This document shows, one piece after another, positions 24,693-34,300 of a stretch of 61,340 bases of DNA (the first letter of the stretch is position 1; the number at the start of each line of letters is the position of its first letter). Under the pieces are notes generated by a model. It was not told the DNA's origin, searched no databases, and saw only the letters and a list, made by a program, of their open reading frames with translations. The translations under genes and the position numbers were made by a program. This stretch comes from an uncultured Gammaproteobacteria bacterium (GTDB lineage Bacteria > Patescibacteriota > Patescibacteriia > SG8-24). The stretch lies in the NCBI GenBank assembly GCA_964407925.1, contig CAYOXM010000001.1, positions 82,909 through 144,248 on the forward strand. Reading direction: 5' to 3'.

Positions 24693-25349
24693 TCACGTTC
24701 CCGCGGCCAACGGATCGCGTTTCTGCTCGACTTCGTCGCCGTCATTGACACGATCGCCGTCGGAATCGACGCGGAGGGGGTCGGTTTTCAGGTCCTCGAC
24801 CTCGTCTCGGTCACTGAGACGATCACCGTCCGTATCGATCCTTGCCGGATCGGTCCCGAGTTCCTGCTCCTTTTCATCGGACAAACCGTCCTCGTCCTGA
24901 TCTGCCGGCTGATCGCCCTTGCTGATGATGACGTACTCGGCGAAGAGCTCGCTGCTCCCCTCCCTTTGCCTGGCGCGAATCTGTACGGTCCAGGACAAGG
25001 GATAGCCATGCTGCTTCTTTTCATCGTCCGTCAGGTCACGGACCATGCCTGCCGTCAGGCCGTTCGAAGACGATGCAGGCGTTGCCTGTGCGCCAGGAGT
25101 ATCGCCGCCGATGGTCGTCGCGGAGTAGTCAGACGGCGGCGGCAACGGAGGCAGCGGCGGTCCAGGCGGCGATGCCGGAGCGGAAACGGGGGCGCTCGGC
25201 GTACCGCCGTCAGCCACCGCGCCGTCATCGGCGCGCCGCCGAATGATGATGACGACCGTTACGATGACGACGACCAGAACGACCGCACCGATACCGATGC
25301 CGATGAACAACCGTTTATTGCCGCCGGATTCTTCTTCGTACCCGTCCAT
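24693..25349 (-). CDS. Membrane-anchored protein with TSP3-like DxDxDG repeats
   Basis: TM, Pro-rich linker, DQDEDGLSDEKE / DTDGDRLSDRDE / DSDGDRVNDGDE. Confidence 0.8.
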   Translation of the reverse strand: MDGYEEESGGNKRLFIGIGIGAVVLVVVIVTVVIIIRRRADDGAVADGGTPSAPVSAPASPPGPPLPPLPPPSDYSATTIGGDTPGAQATPASSSNGLTAGMVRDLTDDEKKQHGYPLSWTVQIRARQREGSSELFAEYVIISKGDQPADQDEDGLSDEKEQELGTDPARIDTDGDRLSDRDEVEDLKTDPLRVDSDGDRVNDGDEVEQKRDPLAAGT

Positions 25350-25358
25350 ACCCATTGA

Positions 25359-28300
25359 TCAAGGTTTACACGCGTTTCCCGGCCCCGGATCGATGCTGCT
25401 GCAATACGCGGGCGTATTCGGCGATAAGGGTGCACCGGGGTAAACGCAGTACGTGTACTTGCTGGGATTCCCGTTGCAATACGTCGGCCCGGAGACGTCC
25501 GGAACTGACCAGTAGGCGATGTATCGCTTGCCCGCAGCCGGCGTATTGTTCACGCCGCTGCCGCCGATCGGGTAGTACAGCACCGAGCAATCGTCGTGCC
25601 AGCTCTTCGCCGACAGGCCGTAATCGGGGAACCCGCTGCCTCCGCTCGTGTAGTCATACACGTAGTAGTCGTAACGTACGCCCGGCTTACGGTCGATCGT
25701 CATGGTTTCGATGCCGCCGGGGTTGAAGTACCCGCTGCTCGAACCGGTGTCGTCGACGTCGAGCACGTAGGAATACGGACCGTCCGTGATCTTCGCCTTC
25801 CAGTACGGCATGTTTCCGCCGCCTGCGCTGTAATACAGGTGTTTGGTCTTCGCGGCATCGCCGCCCTCCGATGTCACCATGTGGAAGTCCAAGTCGCGGC
25901 CGGCGCTCCATTTTATCGTCGTACGAACCTGGTTCGCCGCAGGCTTGATCGTCGTGTCAGCGAAGTCCTTCGTGCCCTGAATGCAGTTCGTGCCATACGC
26001 ATTGTTCAAGGGTACGGGCGACGTGTCGTTGCAGAGCGGGGTCGCACCACCGTCCTTGACCACCTTTGCCATCGGCGTCACGCCGTTGCATGGTGTCTTG
26101 TCGATGTCGCCGCTGAACGAGTAGGAGCCGTCTCCCGCAACGCCGGCCTCGGCCACGACCGTGGCGCCGCATATGATCTGCACTTTCGCGTTCGCGAGGC
26201 CGCCGCCGGTCTGCGGATCGATGATCTTGCCCGAGACGGCGATGCCTTCGTCATAGAGGCCGTCGCAATCGTTATCCTTTCCGTCGCATGACTCGACCGC
26301 CGCCGCGACGCTTACCGATTGCGGCGCGCCATTTTCGTCGGTGTATCCCTGCACGTACGCGCCGTGCGTATTGTAGTTCTTGTCGTCGCAGTCCGGCGGG
26401 ACCGGCACGCCGTCGTTGTCGTCGTCGGGGTCGCAAACGTCCTTGAGCGTCTTCGGGGTCAATTGCCCGCACCACGGCTTCGCACCCGCTTGGCAGGAAT
26501 CGTTTTCCCAATTGTTGTAGTCGGAGTTGTATTGCGGACAAACCTGCGAATCCTCGGCTGCGCACGTCCGCAGGCAGGTCTTGGCGTCGCAGACGGCGTC
26601 GCCGGTCCGCTTGCCGTAAGACCTGTGCTCGGGCTTGTTGCTCACGCAGATGTATTCGCCGGACAGGCCGAGACCGCCATCGCAGTCCTCGGGGCCCGAA
26701 GGGTTCGTCAGGCTGCTCTGGACGATGTTGTCGCCGCAGTAACCGCCAGATTTGACCGCGGTCTTGCAGGCGCTCGTGCAGTACGTGCACGTCAGGCCGT
26801 AGGCGGGGGTGCAGACCTTGTTGTTGTTCTTGCCCTCGTCGCACTCCTCGGCCGCGCCGGCATACACGAACCCGTCGCCGCACTTGGCAAGCTTGCACAT
26901 GATGCCTTTGGCCGGATCGATGATGCAGCCGTCCTTGTTGTTATCGTTGCCGTCATCGCACTCCTCGGCACCCTCTTTGACGCCGTTGCCGCAGGAACCG
27001 GGAACGGTGCACTTCCAATTCGTCCACGTACAGGCCTTGTTCGAACCCGTATTGTCCGCAGTCGTGGTCGGGTCGTTCGGACGGCACTCGCGCCGGTTCT
27101 TCTGCTGCGCCTCGGGACAGAATCCCATGCACTTCACGCCGACGCCGCAATCGATGTCCTTTTCGCAGCCCGTCTGCGCGGGATTGTCGCAGAAACCCTT
27201 GGCTTCCTGGAATCCGCCGTCACAAACCTCCGCGCCGCTCACCTGACCGTCGCCGCAGCGAGGACCGGCAGCCGTACAATCCCACGTGCACGACGAAGTA
27301 CCGACGCCCGCCTTGGTCGTGCCGCAGGCGGCGAAGCCGTCGATGCCGTTCTTCGGCGACCATGCGGGTACGGCGTCGAAGTAGTACTGACCGTTCAGAT
27401 CCTTGCAGTCGCAAGCCTCGCTCGGCTGTTTCTGGCCGTCGCCGCAGAAGAATCCCTTGCCGGTGCAGCTCGCGCCGCAATACCCGTACTTGCCGTTCAG
27501 CGGCCCGTCGTCGCACGTTTCGGGCGGCGATTGGATCACGCCGTCGCCGCACGAACCGCCCTCGCAGACGCCTGAGGCGGGCAGTTCCCACTTGCAGCTC
27601 CCGGTGCATTTCTGCGTCTGCATGCCCGCGCGGCCGCCGGCCGTCGTGCACTTGATCGCCTGAGCCTGTCCCGGTTCGCACTCTTCCGTCGCGGGATCGA
27701 CTTGGCCGTCGCCGCATACGCCGTTCTTGCCCACCTCGGTCCCCTTGCATTGCGGCGACACCGGGTTGACGCGGCCGATGAACACCCTGCCGTCCTTGTA
27801 GGTGCAGACGGCGCTGTCCACGACGCATTCAGGATCGGCCGCGCACGTCCCGACGCTCCGTTCGGGGCACGTGCCGCCAGACCACGACACGGCGTTGGCG
27901 TAATACTCGAAATCGTTGCGCAGCCGGAAGTTCGGGCCGGCCGTGTCCTGGAAGTACTGGTACTCGTACACGTGCGATCCGGACGGGCAGAGGTACGAAC
28001 GCTTGGCGTCGGACCAGCACGTCGTACCGTCGCGGTCGGTCGCCTTGCAGAAGCCGTGATCGTTCAACGGATCGACCGGTCCGCCGAAGCCGGCGGCGCT
28101 CCTCAACTGGCCGTTCCAGGACGGCCACGTGCTGTTCGACATCGTTACGATGTACGAACCGGCGTCGAGCCGCGGGTACGCCCCCGTCTCCTGCTTCTTC
28201 ATGACGAGCGCGCGGCGATAACCGTCGATTTGCGCCCAGCGGAGGACGTCGCGTACGAGCTTCGACTTCGGCGCGTCGCAATAGAAGCCGCCTCGGGCGA

Positions 28301-31300
28301 GCGAACCGTCGCCTTTCAGCATGAATTCGCCGGACTTGTCCTTCTTGCACGTGAGGTCATCGTTGCAACCGACGCTCATGCCGGCGTTCGGAACCGCGAC
28401 TCCGGCGCCGTCCTTGCATTGGCCGGACTCCAAATCGCACTTGTTTTCGCCATAACCGGGGACGAGCACTCCGGCGATGTTCACCTTGCAGTCGTCGTCG
28501 GTAATGCAGCGGACGGTCACGTCGTCGCTCCGCCGGCACACCAGCTGATCCTTCAGTTCTTCCTGATAGTTGAAGTCGACGTTCTGAATGATCTGATTGA
28601 AGATATTCGTCGTTTCCGCCGAGGCGCCGTCCGTGTAGGACATGATCGCCACGTTGGTGAAGAGCTTGCTGCTCACCTTGGAACCAGCGCTCACGTACGT
28701 GGTACGGCCGTCCTTGAGGGCCTCGTACCCGTCGGAAGTCGAGCGGACCGGATTGCCGCCGAAACCGCGCGATCGATACCAATCCATGATGTCGACGTGC
28801 TTCAAGTTCGTCGTCAGGCGGAGGCCGACGGCGTCTTTCGCCCATTTCGGATCTTTGGTGGCGTAGGTGAAGAGGTACTCCTTGATGATGTCCTTGCCGG
28901 GGTTGATGATGACCGGCTTCTCGTTGAAGTCGGGCAGCGAGGCGGGCAGCGCGTCGCCGGCCTGTTTCGCGCCATCGCGGCAATAGTAGAACTTCACCCT
29001 GGTTTCGGGATCGTAGAAGGGATACCAGATGGTGGAATTTGCCACGCAGTCGCTCTTCGCAGGCGACGGGTCCCACGGCAATACGCCGCCGGACAGCGAG
29101 CCGTTCGCCGGACAGAGACGGCGTGCGGGCCACGGGTTGTCGCAGAGGAAGACGGTCACGTCCGAGGTGCCCGAGAATACCTGCTCGTCGGCGTCCTTGC
29201 AGCTCGCGCCGGCGCAATCGCCGTCGACGGCGCAGACTTTTCCGGCCTTCGTTCCGCCGTCGCACAGCTTCGGCTTCACGTGTGCCGTAGCCTCGACGAC
29301 CGCTTCGCCGTTGTGGGCGACGTAGCCGACGGGAAGATCGGTCTTGACGCTGCCGCGGACGCGGACGTCGGCCGTGGCCTGCTGCTTCGCGCCGACGATA
29401 TCGGGATTCACGATGACGACGGAAGCCGTCTCCTTGGTCGACGCCGGCTGCGGGGTCCATTGCCAATCCCACTCATAGGGCGGCATCGAGGCGATCTGCT
29501 CGCCGCTGGACGCCTTGGCGTGGGCGACGACGCCCTGATGGTCGTCCGGCGGATTGGTGGTCCACAGCAGGATCGAAGACGGGATGACCTCGACGTGGTC
29601 GATCGTGCAGATGTCCTGCTTGGTGCGGAAATACGTCACGACGCCCTTGGACACGTCGGTTGCGGAGAGCAGCGAGACGCCTTGGACGTTCTTGACGTCC
29701 TTCTTGACCAAGAGGCGGACCCACGTGTTCGCGGGAAGGGCAGCGGTCGGCGCGATGGTCGTCTCGGTCACGCCGGACGACTCGATGGAATCGACCGTGA
29801 TCGGCACGCTGCAGTACGTGTTGGTCACCGGCGGACCGGCGGCGCTGATGTCGCGGAAGAAGAGGCCTCGGAAGAAGTCGATGGTACCGCGAATGACGCG
29901 CTGGATGAACGATCCGGGGGCGGACGAGGGGGCGACGACGTTGTCGGCAAGCACCTTCACGGTCCCTGCCGGGCAGGTCGCATTGGGATCGGCCGAGAAG
30001 TCGGTTCCGAGAAGGACGTTCTGCGCGATCGAGCCGGCGTCCATGAGCTGGTCGAAGCTCACGGTGTAGGCGGCATTCCGGCAGATGTCGGGCGGCCACG
30101 GCGGTTTGACGGCCGTGATCTTCGGCCGCGGCGCGCAGCACCCGTTCGTGGCACAGGCCAAGCTCGCGCCATACGTTTCGCAGAAGGCGTCCTGCTGATT
30201 CTCGGGTTTGGTCTTGCAAGTGCAGGAAAGCGCGACCTTCGCGATGCCCGCATCATCGGTCGCGATGCCCGTAGTCGTTGCACGGACTTGGGAGGTGCTG
30301 CCGGCGGCGGTCTTCGCGTCGAAACCGACCTGCGGCTGCGCGACCGTGACCTGATACGAGTCGATTTTCGCGTCCGGCGGCTGCTCGCAAAGCGCCTGTT
30401 CGCCCTTGCCTGCGGGCGGCGGGAAGCCGTTATCGCCGCAGAACGAGGCATCGGTATAGAAAGCGGACGACCCCTTGAGCAGGCAGCTCGTTGAGCAGAA
30501 TTCTGAGGCGGCGGGATCAGTCTCGCAGGCGGCGTCTTCGCCGAGTTCGGCGATGCCGTTACCGCAGCATGGCGCGGCGATGCCCGCACCGCAGGCCTTC
30601 GTCCCCTTGCGGAGACATGTCGCGGCATCGCATCCGTTCGCCGTGGGCGTCTCGCCGGGATCGGCGATGCCGTTCGGACCGAGCTCGCAGTAGGCGTCTT
30701 CGCCGGGTTCATCCTTGCCGTTGCCGCAGAAATTCAGGCAGGCCTGACCGGGAGTCGCGCCCTTGCACGACGGGAGCGTGCCCTCCCTCACGCACTCCTT
30801 GTTGCAACCGTCGCCGTCGGAGGTGTTGCCGTCGTCGCATGACTCGCCGTCGCTCACGAAGCCGTCGCCGCAGACCGAACCCTTCGCCGATGACGTGCCG
30901 GTGAAGATGCAACCGATGTCATCGGCATACCCGTCGACATGGTCTCCGGGCTTCTTGCAGCCTGGGGCGAAAGTGTCGGCGCACGTGCCGCCGGGGCAGT
31001 CGCCGTTCGTCGTGCACGACTTCTCGTCCTTCGTGCCGCCGTCGCACCGCTGCACCATGTCGCACGATTCGCCGGCGTTCACGGTCTTGTTGCCGCACGT
31101 GGGGGCGATGGTGCCGACGAGGAGGCACTTGGCGCTGCAGACGGCGGGCGTGATCGCGATGTCACACTCTTCGTACTGCGCGTCGAGAACGCCGTTGCCG
31201 CATTGCGGAATCACGTTTTGCGAACCGCGAAGGAGGCATTGCGCGGTGCACTGCTGCTTCGGCACGGGGTTGGTGTTGACGAGCGTCGCTACGGGAGACG

Positions 31301-34300
31301 GCGAAACAGGCGTCACGGGGTTGCCATCGATAAAGCCGCCGAGCACGTGGTTCGGATTATCGAACGTCCACTGCCAATCGTAATCGTCCGCATCGAGCAG
31401 CTGACCGTTCTTGCTGCATTCGTCCGGAGAGCCGAAGGGACTCACCGTGAGGTCCTTGCGCTCACCGACATAGAAAAGGGTCGAAACCGACGGCTTCACT
31501 TCGGCACGGCTCGCGAGACATGCCGTCGGATCGTCCTTGGTGCGGAATTTCCAGCTGTAGTACAGGCCGTCATTGAGGCCGCCGAGCGGGACGCTGCTGC
31601 GGCTGTAGACGCCCTCGAGGACGGACGGCGTGGCGGGATTATCGCTCTTCACGCGGACGAGGTAGAACGTGCTCGGGAGAAGGTTCTTGCCCGTCTGCTC
31701 CTTGAGCGTGAAGTGCTTGAACAGCTTGATGTCCGGCGTCCCGAGAATGGTCTCGTCGGGCGGCATGACTTCGGCCGTCCAGACCTGCCCCCCGAGATCG
31801 AGGAAGGGCGGCGTGCAAGAAGCGTTGCGGCAGCGGAGAAGCTCGATGTTGCCCGCCGCGGTCAGGCTGTTCTCGTTCATCGGAACGTTGAACTTGGCCT
31901 CGATTGCGGCGTTGATGCACGCCTCCGTGCATCCCGCGACCGGCGTCATTTCGATGATGCGCGGCTCGGCGAACTTCACGGTGATGTCCGACTCCCCCTT
32001 CTTCGTGATCGGCGTCCCGATGGCGGACATGGTCGCCTCAAGCGGCGTCGACGGCGTTTCGATTTTCGCCTTGACCTTCTGCACGCACTCGCTTTCGGGC
32101 GGGCTGTACGGAGGAGGCAGGAGGGCGAGGTACACGTTGTTCGCGTACCAAACGATCGAGTACACGCCGGGGGTGCACTGCAGGCTATTGCAGTTCACGC
32201 CGGTCGGCCTCGCGGCATATCCGACGCCGAACTCGTCCTGGTCGATCGTGTCCTTCGGCGGATCGACGAACACCTTTGAGAGCGCGCACGGCTGACCGCT
32301 CGTCTGTACGCGGAACTTGTAAACGTAATCGCCGCCCGGTTTGCGGTCGAGGTCGCCGTCGAGGAAGCGGCCACCGGGGCCGGGCTCCCTGAATCCGAGG
32401 TTGCTGCCGGGATTCGAAACCAGGCGTACCTGATACCACATGCCGTCCTTGAGGAAGGTCGACGTCGGACCTGCGCCGTTGTAATTGAACGGCGGCGTGA
32501 ACGTGATGACTTTGCAAGACTCGTTCGTCGGCCCGTCGCTGCAGTCGGTCTTCGAGAAAATCAGCGGGCTCACGAGGACGTCGCAAGAGCCGGGGGCGGC
32601 GTCGTTACCGCACTCGCGGACCTCGACCGAAGCGGAGAGCGAACCGAGATCGGTCTGCAGTTCCGTGCTGAACTGAATGCGGATTTCGGCATTCTTGCAG
32701 GCATCGGTCGACTCCTTGTACGGCGAAGGACTCTGCAGGACGGCGGGGGCGGGATCAAGTTTGCAAATCGCATTTTCCACGACGACCGGGAGCGACGGCA
32801 GGATGCTCGTGCTGAAAAGCCAGCCGTAGGCGCTGTTCCTGACCGGAGGGGCGCAGAAATTCGGACCGCCCTGACAAGAGCCGTTCGCGCAGCATTCGGT
32901 ACCGTTGGGGCAAGACGCGCCGGCATCGTTGCAGTCCCCCACCGTGAACGGCACGGCATTCGAACTCAGCTGGTTGTTGGCGACGACGTACACCGGACCC
33001 GATGCGGGCCACGTGGACTTGTTCGGGAAATCGCCGGCGACGATCGTGTCGATCTTCGCGTCCGACCACGTGCTGTATGCGCCATCGCCCGTCGTGACGG
33101 TCGTGGGCGCGCACACGCCATCGGAGGCGGGGGCACACTGGTCGCCGATCGCGGCGCTGCAGGCCGCCTTGGTATTGATGCACTTGGTGACGTTGCTCTT
33201 GAAAAATTCGACGCTATACCGCGGAGCCGAACCCGGACCGGCGTTTCCCGACGAACCGAAGCCTTCGCCGGTGATGGACACGGCCTTACCCGGACGACCG
33301 TTGTCCGGCTCGATGGCGCAAAGTCCCGGACGCAACGGCTCGTTCGTCACCCGGAAAAGGATGTCGTCGTTGCTGTATTTTGCCGGCGGAGCGGTGACGA
33401 TCTGCACCTTATGCGAGACGCCAGGGAGCGCGCCGAAGTTGAGCGGCAAGCCGCCCTGATACTCGCTCGGGACCTTCACGATGACGTAGTTGTCCTTCCA
33501 ATTGTTGGCGCAAATCGGATCGTCTCCGAGGCCGATATCGCCGGAGCACGAACCCTGCGGGCAGTCGGCATCCTTGGTGCAGGCGGTGCCGTTCTTCGTA
33601 CCGCCGACGCAATGCAGCGCGCCGCCCGTATTTTTGAACCGTACCGTCCCCTTGAAACCGCCGAAACCGGTACCGATGACGGTGACGTAGGAACCGACCG
33701 GACCGTGATCGGGAACGACCTCGAGAATCTTCGGGAGTCCTGCGGCAGAGGGCGGCGCTACGAGGAAGTTGACCGTGTTCGAATCCGTGCCGTTAACGAC
33801 GACTTTCACCGGGTAGGTCTTCTCCGGCACGGGAGGCACGATTGCCTTCACCGACGCTGCCGTCCATCCGCCCGACGCCACGGTCGCGGCATAGGAACCG
33901 AGAGCGACCGTACTAGAGCCGATCACGTCGCCAAAACCCGACCCGTGGATGAGGAAATCGTTGCCTGGCGTTCCCTGATCGGGTTCCACGTAACAAATGC
34001 CCGGAAGAACGGTGGCGTTCACCGTGAACGTCCCGTTGTTGCCGGGTTTCGCGCCAAAATCGTCGTCGGTCTGGTCTGAAGGACCGCCGGCGGTAGTAAG
34101 TTTCAACGGGCCGGTGACGGCGTTCGCGGGAACGGCGACGACGACCTCGTCGTTCTTCCATGCGCCGGGCGCGCACGCCGCCGCGACGACGTCGTCGGAA
34201 GGATCGGGTCCGCCGAGGAACGTGACAGAACCGGGGTTGTCCCCGAGGAAACGGCCCTTGATCGTGATGAGCGAACCGGGACCGGCAGCCTTCGGGTTGA

